Virus record (IMG/VR): IMGVR_UViG_3300012933_000135
DNA from: an uncultured virus (IMG/VR IMGVR_UViG_3300012933_000135)
Taxonomy: Duplodnaviria; Heunggongvirae; Uroviricota; Caudoviricetes
Strand: one strand, 5' to 3'
Length of the DNA: 64,000 nt
Position 1 is the stretch's first letter; every line of letters starts with the position of its first letter. Shown here in pieces: positions 28,208-40,200 of the stretch. Below the pieces are notes generated by a model. The model did no database searches. It saw only the letters and a list, made by a program, of their open reading frames with translations, and was not told the DNA's origin. The translations under genes were made by a program, and so were the position numbers.

Positions 28208-31200
28208 TTATCCTAGTAGTAAGAAATCCATTGCAATTGGCATTCCGTTAATGCCGCCTGTGAAATTCATTGTTGCAGTTACGTTAATCTGCACGCCGGT
28301 TGTAGTACTAATACTGTTACCTGCAATGTAGATAACACCTGCCGTTAATGTATTTACGTTCAATGCGCTAGATCCGCCACCAATTTGACTACTAATGTAA
28401 GACTTAATAGCTTTCTGTGTTGGTACAATATTGTCGCTGTTTGCTGTAAAATACTGGTCTGTTGAGAACGATGTAACTGTTGCTCCACTTCCACCAAGTG
28501 CCACTGAACCCAAAGTTAGTGAGTTCAATCCTGCTAAGTTAAACGCATCAGCGTTAATACTTGCAACACCCGTTGCTTGCTGTACAGAGAACAACGTTCC
28601 TACTGTAAAGTTACCGTCTTGGTCAGTAGCTGTATAGAACACACGACCACCGCCATTTCCTACAGTTTGTTTGTTAACATCTGCTGCCTGAGTAGGAGTG
28701 TTTGGATAGTTTGTTGTTGCAATACCACCAGTACCAATACTTAAGAAGTCATGTCCTGTTAAACGTACTTGTGAGTACTTCAATCTAATAGTTACCGCTG
28801 CGCCATGTGCTGGTGCATTACTTGCAGTTAGTGCTGGACTAATCTGGAATCTTGCAGTATACGGACTTTGTCCGCCGCCTGTTCCTAAGAAGTTACTAAC
28901 TTGAACTAACTTGTAATAGTTATTATTCAATGCAATTTGTACGTTTGAACCTGCTGTTGGAATGCTCGGCAATCCAGCCATATTTACATAATAGCCGTCT
29001 TGATACATATCTGCATATCCGTTACCTGTTACAGTAGCAGTAGCAGTAGCATATTGTAAACCACGGTTTGTAAATGTAGGGTTTGCAAGTGCTCCGTTAC
29101 CAATTCTTACGTTCCAAGTTGCTGCTGAAGTTTGATTAGGATCTGTTACTTCCATCAAAGGAGCAACTGTGTATCCGCTGCCTGGTTCAACAATACGAAT
29201 TTCACTGATTGCGCCGTTAGATACTTTAACTCGACCTTGTGCTGTACATCCTACAGAAATGCTGTCTGCTGTTGCTGCACTAGTTTTCAATGCAACCCAT
29301 ACAGGAACACTGCTTGGATTTCCAAATGCAACTACTGGCCAGCTTGCTGATCCACTTAGTGTTCTTGCAGTCCAGTTAATCCCGTCTTCAGAAGATGCAG
29401 CAATTGCTGTCGATCCAGTTGAAACTGCAAGGAATAGTCCTTGTCCATAACGAACTTCTGACCATGCTTGACTTACTGGTAAGCCAGCAGCAGATTGTAT
29501 CCATGTTAGACCGTCTTTACTGTATGCAGAAATTCGACTTCCGCTTGCTACTGCTACAAACACTCCTCTACCAAAAGTTACGCTTGACCAAGTAGCACTT
29601 GCTGGCAATGTCTTGCTTGTCCACGATAGGCCGTCTGTGCTAATTGCTGCTTGAGTTCCACCGCTAGCAATTGCTACATATACACCGTTACCGTATGCAA
29701 CTCCTGACCATGTTGTACTTGCTGGTAGTGCGGCTGTTGCAAACCACGACACACCGTTTGTAGAGTAAGCTGCGTTTGTACTTCCTGACTGTACAGCCAT
29801 AAAGTTATTATTACCGTAGCAAATTGCTGTCCAATTTCCAGTTGCTGGCAAGGCTCCGCCTGCTGTCCAAGCTGTAGTCGGGTCAGCAGTCCAGTTAGTA
29901 GCACTGCTAGCAGAATTAGCTACAGCTACCCAACGTCCTGCACCGTATGCAATTGCACCCCATGTAGCACTAGATGCCATTGCGCCGCCTGCTACAAAGC
30001 CTGTACCGTCGGCGCTAACTTGAGTTGCTGTTGATCCGCTTTGAATTGCTACAAAGTATCCACCTGCACCAACACCAGTGTATGTAAAGTTATTAATTGC
30101 ACCAGTTGAGGTGTTAACATTGTTTACAATAATTGTAATATTATTTGTAGATGTGCCGCCTAAACTAGTTCCAAGAATAGTTAATGTATCGTTTAGTTTA
30201 TAACCAGTACCGGCTACGTTTGTAGTTACAGTATATGCAGTACCTGTTCTTATAACAGTAAATGTAGCATTGCTGCCTGCACCGCCTGATGCTGCAACAC
30301 CTGCAGAACCAACGCCATTATATGTGACGTTAGTATCACCGTATACCATATCAGTCCAAGCTGCGCTTACTGAAGTAATCGAAGTTGTAGCATATGGTGC
30401 TGCACCAAATGTAACTCTTGGTTCAACTACATATGCAGATGTCAAGTCTAAGAATGCTGCAATTGCAGTACCTGGAACAATATGATCCCAACCTACTGCA
30501 TTTAATACCATTGGACCACCTGAAGATGCAGTTCCTACTGAAATTGCAGATCCACCTGATCCTGTCGATACGCTAAATTGTGTTGCTGTAATACTTGCGC
30601 CAACTACATAGTAAATTGTACCAGCAGCTAATGTACATCCAGATAACACTGTACCTGTAAAGATGATCGGCATATTTGCGTATAACGATGCAGTACTTGT
30701 TACAGTTAGTAAATTAGATCCAGCTGCTGTTACATTTAGTGTAGTGAAGCTTTCTTTTGCTACAATACCTGCTTTAGTTCCAGAATTATATGTTGTAAAG
30801 TATCCAGTTTGGCCGACACCAGTACCGCCAGATACTAGTACTCGCATACCAATATATGCTGCACTAATTGCTGAATCAGTTGCTGCTAGCGTAATGCTTG
30901 TTGCAGATCCACCTTGCGCAACGTTTGATGTTGATACATAGTTTGCGCCGTTAGTTAGCAATCTTGATTCATAAACTGCACTATCTCTAAACTCATTACC
31001 AACAGTTGATGCGTTATAGCCTGTTCCACTGATAGAATAAGTTGCATTGTTGTAGTTTGATCCTGCGTTAGTATATTCTAATCTATAAATGTTATTTGTA
31101 GAATCAGTAACTACTGCACCAATCTGAGCTTGATAGTATCTGTTATTGATAGTTGCAGTGATAGGCACTTCGTATGTATCTACACCTTCAGCTAACGAAC

Positions 31201-34200
31201 CGTATGTTCCGTAAGAGTTGTTACCGTTAGTAGCACGAATCTTACCGCCAAACTCTGCAAGATATCCTGCATATGAGTAGTATGCGAACACTGAAACTAA
31301 TTCAGTTAGTGCGTTTGAACCTGTACACCATACACCGATACCATCTGATAGTAATGTTGTATAATCGTTAGCAACGATAGATTTATTACCACCAGTGTGT
31401 AACGCTGCATCAATTTTCATACCAATACAGCCTGTACCGAACATAGTTACGTTCTGGCAGTATGGTGAGCGAGGTGTAATCCAGACATTGCTGTCAGTTG
31501 GGCCGTAACCTTCATCTAAACTAGAGTACGCACCTGCTGTTGGGCGTTGTGTTCCGTACTCGTTAGCAGTTCCGAGTGTACCTGTTAAGCCGGACAACGT
31601 CATGTTTCGTAAACCAGTTCCGTTTCTTAGCAAGAACATGTTAGATGTTAATGATCCAGCGACTGAATTATTATACAATGTAGTTGCACGTTGTGACTTA
31701 TAGTTACCTAAGTAGTTTAAATCATACACTAATGCATCAACATACGCTGTCATATCTCTGCGACATGATGCTGCGTTGAAGCTGTAACGAACTGTCATTG
31801 AACCTGATGCATCAGATAATGATATCGGTGTTAATGAGCCTTGACTTGTAGCAACTGTAAATTCAGTTGCTGTTGGTACACCAGCTACATAGTACACAGT
31901 TCCTGCTACAATGCCTCCAAATGTAGTTCCTGCAAAAATTACAGGATCTCCTACAGTTAAATTATGTGCAGAACTAGTTGCAATGTAACCAGTTGATGCT
32001 GTTGTACTTGTTGCGGTGCCGCCGTAATTAGCGTTAACCCATGCAGTTGCTTCGTATGCTAAGAAGTTTGTGTTAGCACGAAGTATTTCTGCACTATTCA
32101 TTGTACTTAATACGTTATTGTATACGTTAGTTCCGCATACTTCAACTTTACTTCCAATAGTTACAAGAGCTGATGTTGATGCATTTGTCTGCACCATTGC
32201 TGCTCCAAACCCATACGAGTCAACAAGTGTTAATGTAGTATTGTCTACAACTTCTAGTACCCAATAAGTTCTGTTTATTTCAATATTGCCGAAGCTAGTA
32301 TTGAAAACAACGGTCATTCCAGGGTAGACTCCGGCAGTTGTACCAACTGTAATTGTATTTCCAGATGCAGTAGATGCTGTTGCAGTAGTGTTAACAACTC
32401 CTGCGATTGCATAAATCATATCGTCAATGTTTGCTAGCAACTGAGCAGATGCTCCGCGGGCTGCAATACGTTTAGCTTTTTGTCCGATAAAGTTAACAGC
32501 ACCGAGTTCTGCTTCTAGTTGATTAGCAATTACGTATTGTGCAGATGCTGTTGCTCGACTATATGCTCTACCTGCACTAACAGAATTATAATTTGAGCCA
32601 AACACTAAGTCGTATGCGATTGCATCAACAATATAACCTGCATCTCGTGAACATGTTGCTGTGTTAAACGGCATTGACTGGTAGTATTTGCTTACCCATG
32701 CTACTGTATCTGCTTGAATTTCTGCTTTTGCTGCTATTAGTGCATCATACCCGATACGTGCATCGAATTGATTAATTGCATCAGTAGGAACAACTAACGA
32801 AGGAGAAACTCCTGTATTGATGTAATCAATAACATACTGCACTAAGAATGCTGCAAATGCACCAGATTCAGCAGAACCTGCTGTTCCTGTAGTTGTTTGA
32901 ACTAGTGAAGAATTTTTAGTCCAACCTGCTGTATCTGCTGTTGCAATGTTATCAATAAAACTCTTTAACCAAGTATATGCGGCTACTGTTGCTGCTTTTT
33001 CTGTTGAGCTAATAGTTAATGTTGCATTAGAAAAGTATGCGCTGGCAGCTGATACTGTTGCTAAGTTGCCTAAATACGTCATGTCATACTGGATAGCATC
33101 TAATAAGTACCCAACATCACGTGTGCAAGCAGCTTGACCTGTTGGGCCTAAGCCGGTCCAGATGCTATTATAGTTAACATCTAAATATTCTGCAATTTCA
33201 TCTTTAATAAATGCATAGTTTTGTGCAATCTGTGCTTTGCCGTCACCGTAACCTGGACCGTAAAGTGTATTATATCCGCCATACGCAGGGAATACTAATG
33301 CAGGTGCTACGCCTGCGCCATTTTGAATCAAGTTTGAAATAATAGCTGCACTAGTTACTACAGAATTAACTGCTGCTGTACTGCCGGTGTCACCAATTAA
33401 TCCAGATGTAATTTGTTCAATTGCTGCTCCGATGTAATTAATTACACCAACAGAGGCTGTTTTTTGGTTTGCAATAACATATTGTGCAGAAGCAGTACCT
33501 CTGTAATATGCCATCGCTGCTTTTACTGAGCGGAAGTTACTTGCAAACAAGAAGTCTTGAACTAACGCATCAATAATGTATCCAACGTCACGTGAGCATG
33601 TTACTGTATTGTAAACTAATGACGGATATGTTGCGTTTACCCACGCAATTGTACTAGCTTGTAGAGCTGCTTTTCTTGCTAATACTGCATTAGAAGCATT
33701 TACAAGACCAGAACTTACCCATGAAGTACTTGGAGCAATAATGTTAGCAACTGATCCTGTATCAATAGTGTCATAAATTTCTTGTACACGAGCTTGTGCA
33801 AATGCTGCTGCGCCTGCACTGCCTGGAGTACCTGAAACATCTTGAGCGGTTGCAGTTAGCTTGCCCCAACCAGTTGTTCCTAATGCAATGTTATCAATGA
33901 ATGATTTTAAGTAAGCCTGTACTGCAAGTGCTGCAACTTTTTCGTTGCTATTTTCAACAAAAGCTCCATCACTATAGTAAGAACGAGCAACTACTAGAGT
34001 TTCTAAGTTACCGCCATATGATAAGTCATAACGTAATGCATCAACAATGTAACCAATGTCACGAGTACAGTTTGCTTGTCCTGGAGCACCTAAGCTAGTC
34101 CATAATGATGAATAGTTAGCAGTCATGTATGCTACGATTTCATCTTGAATCATGGTCTTGTTAGCTACAATTAAACGACGAGCATTAAAATATCCGCTAT

Positions 34201-37198
34201 CAGATGCATTACCAGATCCGCTTGTTGGATCAGTAATAGTAAATGCCGGTACACTACCTAAGCCATTGTTTACAATAGTTGCTAAAGTAGATGTATTTGC
34301 AATAACTGATGCTGTTGCAGTAGTACCTGAGAATCCTAATCGTACTTGTGATTGTGTATTTCCTGCTGTAGGAGTTACGTCTTCATTAGTTACTAGATCT
34401 GGAACGATTGCCTTTAAACGATTCAATACTGAAATTGTCTTTGGCTTGTCGTTAGCTAAGTTTAAGTTAGCAGTTGCTGGCTGAACAACGCTTGAACGTA
34501 GTTCGTCACCAACGATCGCTGTGTTCTTAGGAACAACAATTGGCAATACTTCAGTGTATGTTCCAGTCTTGATACTAATAGTAGTACCTGGATTAATAAC
34601 TGCTGGAATTGCAGAAGTTGTTCCAGCAGTTAAGCCTGTAACAACAATTTGAATCAAATTAGTAGCTGTAGTTGCAGTATCAGTTTCAGCTGTTAATGCA
34701 GGATCAATAATTTGAATAGCTTGATTAGCTAGTAATACACCGTTTAAAGTTTGATAATTTTTAACTGGAGTAGTATTAGCTAGTACGTTACTAACTAATG
34801 TTTTTAGATAATTTAGAGCGCCAACAAACTGAGGAATGTCGTATGCGTAAACGCCAGACACATATGATGCTCCACCTGTTGCAAAATATGCAAGTGCTGC
34901 GGTAGTAGTTTGTAGTGTGCCGCTGTGGCCGATGTCAAACACTAATGCGTCAACTACAATACCTGCATCACGTTGTGTTGAAGTAGTGCTGTATGCGTAA
35001 GTTCCGTCCATTGCTCCTGTCGCAGGAGTTAATGCTCGGCGTGCTACACCGCCTGATGTATTTGTAATACCAAAAGTTGTTCCGCCTGCTGGAATATCAA
35101 AAATGTAGTACGTTGTACCTGCAACGACACCGCCAACTGTACCAGTAAATTTAATTGGCATACCAACTGATAGTTGGGCAGTTGAAGTACATGTGAATAA
35201 TGTTGATGAAGCTGCTGAAATGCTAACTGTATAGTTGTATTGTACAAAGTTTTGAATTTCTTTAACAAGGAACTGTTTATTTTTAGCAATCAATGCTGTT
35301 GCTTGTTGATTTAGATAACCGTCTTCAATTTGTTTAGCTGCAAAGCGAACTGTTTTCCATGGCTTGTCGATAGTTAAACCCTGGCCTGCGCCTTGAACGT
35401 CTGCACCAGAGTTTGCAACGTATACAACGTTGTTAACAACTCCGAAATATGACCAGCTTGGCTTGTCGCCGTCTACTCGCAGAACTTGGCCGTCTGTACC
35501 AATTCCTAAACGTGTCGGGCCTGCGCCGCCCATGTAAACAAGATCACCTTGAGTAGTTAATGTAGATGTAATTGAACCAGCAGCTAGCAAGTTCCAGTAT
35601 GTGCCTGTTACGTCTGCATCAGGTCTATTTTCAACTGCACTAGTATGTGCAAGAACACAAATATAACTGTTTACACCGTATACAACAGCATCACCTAAAA
35701 CATAATCTGTGGTTGGAGCCCATGATACTGATGCGCCGACCCATGTGAATGTTGTGATAGGACCTGTTGATCCGCCTGACACTCCGGTGACAGTGATAGT
35801 AATATCGTTAGCTGGGCTTACGCCTCCAACATCTGTTCCTAAAATCTTTAGCGTATCGCCTACTTCGTATCCGTCGCCTGCATAAACGCCGCCAATGTTA
35901 GTTACATTGTATGTGGTATTATGAGTTACTACAGTGAATGTTCCGCCTGAGCCAATGCCAGAAACAGTAGTAGCAACGATGCCGCTGAATGTTTGGTCTG
36001 TAGATGCCCACTTAATACCGCTATTTAAACGAGACCAGTATGTACCGTTTGGCGGAATGTTTACTAGTGCGTCAGATGTGTGATCAAGTAATACAACATA
36101 TGTATAACCATTTAATCTTAGTACATCTCCAACTTTATAGTCAGTTGCATCTAACCAGTCACCTACAAAGTTAAAGCCAGTGGTGAATAAATCCCAGTCA
36201 CTTGCGTTTGCAGTTGGCTTCTTATTAACGTTGTTAGTAGTTGCAACATATGCATATCCACCGTATGATACAACGTCACCCGGTTGGTACACACCAGAGT
36301 CACTCCAGCTATTTTCAAATTCTAAACCGCCAACGAATAAAGACCAGTTTTCTTCAGCAAATAAACTTACTGATGTATGATCTGTTACGCAAATCCAAAG
36401 ATCTGCACCGTACTTGACTAAGTCGTTAGCTTTGTAACGGACTGAGCTAGGGCTCCATGTTCCAAGATATTCAATACCTTTGTGGAAATAGTCCCATAGT
36501 CCCTGGTCGTCTTCTAGACCAAGAGTTGCTGTTGCTGCTGATGTGTGACCTGTGTTACATACATAACTTGTACCACCATACAATACTACATCGTTTCGCT
36601 TGTATCTATAACCAGTAGTCCAATCACCTACCCAATCAAAGCCCTTAGCATATACATCCCACTTGCTTTGATCAGCTTCTAGTCCGTCGATGTCAGTTTC
36701 TGCGGTAGCAGAACTAGTATGACCTCTATTACATACGTAAGAGATGCCGCCGTAACGTACTACATCGTTAGTCTTATAACGAGTGGCGACCGCCCAGTCA
36801 CCTTTCCAGTCGAAACTTGTAGCATACAAGTCCCACTTGCTTTGATCAGCTTCTAAGCCGGCAGTAACTTCAGGGCTTGCGCCGCTAGTGGCTAATGGAT
36901 CGCTAGTATGACCTTCATTACATAAGTATAATCTTCCGCCAAATTTAACTAGGTCGTTAACTTTGTAATAGGTGTTAGTTGTCCAATCACCTTTCCACTC
37001 AGAACCGTCAGATACTTGATTCCAACGAGTCGGACCATGATCTAAATCTGTGTAAAAATCTGTGTCGGCTACATGCCCTATTACGCATAGATAAGTTTTA
37101 CCACCATATCTAACGATATCATCTTTTACGTATGTTGTTCCAGTAGTCCAGTTATTTTTCCAAATAAAGCGGATTCTACCTAGTTTAAATTCAGCCAT
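28208..37198 (-). CDS. Giant modular fibre/appendage protein (2996 aa)
   Basis: Eight N-terminal CBM5/12-like repeats, a pectin-lyase-like beta-helix (KPWKTV, IKTGTY.E.LP, GDELR, RSPYCQNV), six CxRD-type helical repeats and a 7-blade propeller. Paralogue of 37259-43132. Confidence 0.85.
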   Translation of the reverse strand: MAEFKLGRIRFIWKNNWTTGTTYVKDDIVRYGGKTYLCVIGHVADTDFYTDLDHGPTRWNQVSDGSEWKGDWTTNTYYKVNDLVKFGGRLYLCNEGHTSDPLATSGASPEVTAGLEADQSKWDLYATSFDWKGDWAVATRYKTNDVVRYGGISYVCNRGHTSSATAETDIDGLEADQSKWDVYAKGFDWVGDWTTGYRYKRNDVVLYGGTSYVCNTGHTSAATATLGLEDDQGLWDYFHKGIEYLGTWSPSSVRYKANDLVKYGADLWICVTDHTSVSLFAEENWSLFVGGLEFENSWSDSGVYQPGDVVSYGGYAYVATTNNVNKKPTANASDWDLFTTGFNFVGDWLDATDYKVGDVLRLNGYTYVVLLDHTSDALVNIPPNGTYWSRLNSGIKWASTDQTFSGIVATTVSGIGSGGTFTVVTHNTTYNVTNIGGVYAGDGYEVGDTLKILGTDVGGVSPANDITITVTGVSGGSTGPITTFTWVGASVSWAPTTDYVLGDAVVYGVNSYICVLAHTSAVENRPDADVTGTYWNLLAAGSITSTLTTQGDLVYMGGAGPTRLGIGTDGQVLRVDGDKPSWSYFGVVNNVVYVANSGADVQGAGQGLTIDKPWKTVRFAAKQIEDGYLNQQATALIAKNKQFLVKEIQNFVQYNYTVSISAASSTLFTCTSTAQLSVGMPIKFTGTVGGVVAGTTYYIFDIPAGGTTFGITNTSGGVARRALTPATGAMDGTYAYSTTSTQRDAGIVVDALVFDIGHSGTLQTTTAALAYFATGGASYVSGVYAYDIPQFVGALNYLKTLVSNVLANTTPVKNYQTLNGVLLANQAIQIIDPALTAETDTATTATNLIQIVVTGLTAGTTSAIPAVINPGTTISIKTGTYTEVLPIVVPKNTAIVGDELRSSVVQPATANLNLANDKPKTISVLNRLKAIVPDLVTNEDVTPTAGNTQSQVRLGFSGTTATASVIANTSTLATIVNNGLGSVPAFTITDPTSGSGNASDSGYFNARRLIVANKTMIQDEIVAYMTANYSSLWTSLGAPGQANCTRDIGYIVDALRYDLSYGGNLETLVVARSYYSDGAFVENSNEKVAALAVQAYLKSFIDNIALGTTGWGKLTATAQDVSGTPGSAGAAAFAQARVQEIYDTIDTGSVANIIAPSTSWVSSGLVNASNAVLARKAALQASTIAWVNATYPSLVYNTVTCSRDVGYIIDALVQDFLFASNFRSVKAAMAYYRGTASAQYVIANQKTASVGVINYIGAAIEQITSGLIGDTGSTAAVNSVVTSAAIISNLIQNGAGVAPALVFPAYGGYNTLYGPGYGDGKAQIAQNYAFIKDEIAEYLDVNYNSIWTGLGPTGQAACTRDVGYLLDAIQYDMTYLGNLATVSAASAYFSNATLTISSTEKAATVAAYTWLKSFIDNIATADTAGWTKNSSLVQTTTGTAGSAESGAFAAFLVQYVIDYINTGVSPSLVVPTDAINQFDARIGYDALIAAKAEIQADTVAWVSKYYQSMPFNTATCSRDAGYIVDAIAYDLVFGSNYNSVSAGRAYSRATASAQYVIANQLEAELGAVNFIGQKAKRIAARGASAQLLANIDDMIYAIAGVVNTTATASTASGNTITVGTTAGVYPGMTVVFNTSFGNIEINRTYWVLEVVDNTTLTLVDSYGFGAAMVQTNASTSALVTIGSKVEVCGTNVYNNVLSTMNSAEILRANTNFLAYEATAWVNANYGGTATSTTASTGYIATSSAHNLTVGDPVIFAGTTFGGIVAGTVYYVAGVPTATEFTVATSQGSLTPISLSDASGSMTVRYSFNAASCRRDMTAYVDALVYDLNYLGNYKSQRATTLYNNSVAGSLTSNMFLLRNGTGLRNMTLSGLTGTLGTANEYGTQRPTAGAYSSLDEGYGPTDSNVWITPRSPYCQNVTMFGTGCIGMKIDAALHTGGNKSIVANDYTTLLSDGIGVWCTGSNALTELVSVFAYYSYAGYLAEFGGKIRATNGNNSYGTYGSLAEGVDTYEVPITATINNRYYQAQIGAVVTDSTNNIYRLEYTNAGSNYNNATYSISGTGYNASTVGNEFRDSAVYESRLLTNGANYVSTSNVAQGGSATSITLAATDSAISAAYIGMRVLVSGGTGVGQTGYFTTYNSGTKAGIVAKESFTTLNVTAAGSNLLTVTSTASLYANMPIIFTGTVLSGCTLAAGTIYYVVGASITATQFSVSTGSGGSAISVGTASSGGPMVLNAVGWDHIVPGTAIAAFLDLTSAYVVEPRVTFGAAPYATTSITSVSAAWTDMVYGDTNVTYNGVGSAGVAASGGAGSNATFTVIRTGTAYTVTTNVAGTGYKLNDTLTILGTSLGGTSTNNITIIVNNVNTSTGAINNFTYTGVGAGGYFVAIQSGSTATQVSADGTGFVAGGAMASSATWGAIAYGAGRWVAVANSASSATNWTADPTTAWTAGGALPATGNWTAICYGNNNFMAVQSGSTNAAYSTNGVSWFATAALPASTTWSGVAYGNGVYVAIASGGTQAAISTDGLSWTSKTLPASATWSSVTFGRGVFVAVASGSRISAYSKDGLTWIQSAAGLPVSQAWSEVRYGQGLFLAVSTGSTAIAASSEDGINWTARTLSGSASWPVVAFGNPSSVPVWVALKTSAATADSISVGCTAQGRVKVSNGAISEIRIVEPGSGYTVAPLMEVTDPNQTSAATWNVRIGNGALANPTFTNRGLQYATATATVTGNGYADMYQDGYYVNMAGLPSIPTAGSNVQIALNNNYYKLVQVSNFLGTGGGQSPYTARFQISPALTASNAPAHGAAVTIRLKYSQVRLTGHDFLSIGTGGIATTNYPNTPTQAADVNKQTVGNGGGRVFYTATDQDGNFTVGTLFSVQQATGVASINADAFNLAGLNSLTLGSVALGGSGATVTSFSTDQYFTANSDNIVPTQKAIKSYISSQIGGGSSALNVNTLTAGVIYIAGNSISTTTGVQINVTATMNFTGGINGMPIAMDFLLLG

Positions 37199-37258
37199 TC
37201 AATGCTCCGAGTTTCATTATATTGTATTTATTCATTTGTTGATATTGCATTTTTAGAA

Positions 37259-40200
37259 TTACTTGCCCGCAGCACTGCCGCCAACTGAGAATCCGTGTGC
37301 AAAGAACGATTTAGCTAACATTGTTCCGTTGATACCTTTTGTAATTCGCATAGAGTTTCTAACATATAACTGTGACTGTGTCGATGAGTAAATTCTGTTA
37401 GGGCCACCTACACCAAACGTACCAGCAACAACTGCGCCTGCTTGTGCGTTTGCACCACCACCTGCAATATTTCTAGCAATGTAGGTTTTAATTGCTCGTT
37501 GTGTTGGTACAATTGTATCACTATTAGCAGTAAAATAACTGTCTGTTGAGAACTGTGTAATTGTTACGGTGTTTGTTCCTAAACTAAATCCACCAAGCGA
37601 CAATGTTTGCAATCCAGTTAAACTTAATTGGTCGGCACTAATTGTAACAATACCTGACGCTTGTTCAACTGCAAATAAGTTACCAACTTTGAAGTTACCG
37701 TCCTGGTCAGTTGACGTTTGGAATACGCGGCCACCGTTATTTTCAGCAATTTGTTGATACTGAACAGCCGTAGTAATATCAGTATACGGATAGTTAGTTG
37801 CTGTTTGATTACCAGTTCCTACTAATAAGAAGTCATGACCAGTAATACGACACTGGCTATACTTTTGACGAATACTAATTGTAGTACCGTGCTCCGGTGC
37901 TAGTTCGATAGTTAGCGGTGGGCTAACTTGGAACTGTGCGCTTCCATTGCCGAGGTCGTTAATTACAACAATTCTGTATTGATTCGGATTATTAGTAATA
38001 GTTAATGCAGCACCGGGTGTTGGTAAACTATCTAATCCAGAAATTGTCAGTAGCTTAGACGATTGGTATATGTCAGCATAACCAGTTCCTGCAGAAATTG
38101 TTACAACAGTAGTCGATGTTCTATAACCAGATCCTCTATTTGTAAATGTAGGATTGCCTAGTACACCGTTTCCGACTCGACATATTGTTACTGCAACAGA
38201 TGTAGGATTTGGGTCAGTTATTAACAATGTAGGGGTAGGGCTATTTGTATAACCACTTCCTGGCTCCCAGATTTTAATAACACTAATTTTGTTTGAAGCA
38301 ACTGTTGCTCTGCCTAATGCAGTAGCACCAGCTCTAACATAAGCTGCTGTATTACTAGATGAAGTTGAAACTGCAACCCACATTGGAGTTGTACTTGGAT
38401 TACCAAACGTTGTTGCAGACCACTGTGCGGCGCTTGCTAACGTTCTCGAGGTCCATACTACTCCGTCTTGACTAGTTAATGCAGTAGTAGTGCCAGCTGC
38501 TACAGCAAAGAATAAGCCTTGTCCGTATCCTAAATCAGTCCATGATGCAACTACCGGCATTGAGCTTGTTAGCCAATTGATACCATCGAATGAGTATGCT
38601 GCTGTGCTGCTGCCTGAAGCAATTGCTACGAAACGTCCGTTACCCCACTCAACTGAAATCCAGTTTGCAGCACTAGGTAAGGCAATTTGCATCCATGAAG
38701 ATCCGTTATCTGTAGAATATGCTGCGATTGCGCTTGAATTGCCTGCGATTGCAACCCACGTTCCGATTGAACCATATGCAATACTCTTCCAATTACCTGA
38801 TACAGGTAGTGTTAATGGTGCCCATGATGTAGTATCAGCACTATATGCCGCTGTTGCACTAGCTGTTTGAACTGCAATGAATCCTCCGTTACCGTAGGCA
38901 ATTGCGTGATAACCTGACGATGATGGCATCGTAATAGATATCCAAGCTGCGCCATCAGCACTGTATGCTGCTACTGCGGTAGTTGTAATAGCTACGAAGA
39001 ATCCGTTACCAAAGGTAATCTCTGTGTATGTGCCTGCCGGTAGTGTTGCACCGGTCGACCAAGTTTGTCCGTTAAGTGAGAAACTTGTTGTGCCTGTAGA
39101 TGTTATTGCAACAAATCGTCCATTGCCGTAGGCAACTGAAATCCAGTTGCTAGCTGATGGTAAATTAGCTGTACTTGCGCTATACGAAGGGCTTGTAAAT
39201 TTCACACATGGTTCAATAGAATATACACTAGTTGAATCAATAGTTGAAACTGCTGGAGTACCCGGTACTAAGTTTTCCCAACCAAGCGTATGGATTTGCA
39301 TAGATGAACCGTACGTCTGTGTTGTAACTGTTTCTGCTGTGCCGCCTGGTGAAGTGCTTACTGCAAATGCTGTTGAAGAGAAATTTGCAGCAAGTACGTA
39401 GTACACTTGACCTGCAATTAATCCACCTAACATACCACCAGCAGTTGCTGCCATTGAACCAGTTGCATTAGATACTGCAAACGGTGTTCCACCATAAGTT
39501 GCTGAAATAACAACTTGATTGCCGATAATATTATAAATGTAGTACTTGGTGCTGTCAACTATCCCACCAAAAGTAGAGCCAGTGAATACAATTTGCTCAC
39601 CAATTGTCATGTTCTCTGATGATGTCAATGTTACTAAATTGTTAGTTCCGGTAATTGTTATAGGAGAACCAACATTACCAACAGTTTGACTCATATTGAT
39701 AGTCCATGTACTACCAGAACCAAATCCTTGGTTGTTAGATGTAATGTAGGTATTAGCTGCAATGCCAGGGCCAGTTAATACCATGCCAACTGCAATAGCA
39801 CCTGCTCCCATTGAAATTACGTATAGTGAATTTCCGTTAATGTATGCCGTAGTCATCACTGCTACAGTATGCACTGTATTATATGCAGTGGTGTCTTGTT
39901 GGTTAGGAACAATTACAATAGCTGTGCCAATGTTTAGACTAGATGTTGATCCAACGTTAATTAAATTGTTAGTTGCATTAGTTGAAGATGAAGTAATTGC
40001 TTGAACACTTTCTTTTGCAATAGTCGCTACTTTTGTTACAGTGTTGTAGTATGCAATGTATCCGTACTGGCCTACACCGGTACCAGATGTTACAATTAGG
40101 CGCATGCCGTAGTAATCTGCAAACAAGTTTTGATCGTTAGATGCAATAGTAATAGTATTAATATCGCCTGCTTGTGCTTGGTTAGCTGCGGTGATATATC

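Noticed and set aside
36657..36855. 25-nt perfect direct repeat TCCCACTTGCTTTGATCAGCTTCTA
   Set aside because: It encodes LEADQSKWD in adjacent CBM-like repeats and is explained by the internal protein repeat.
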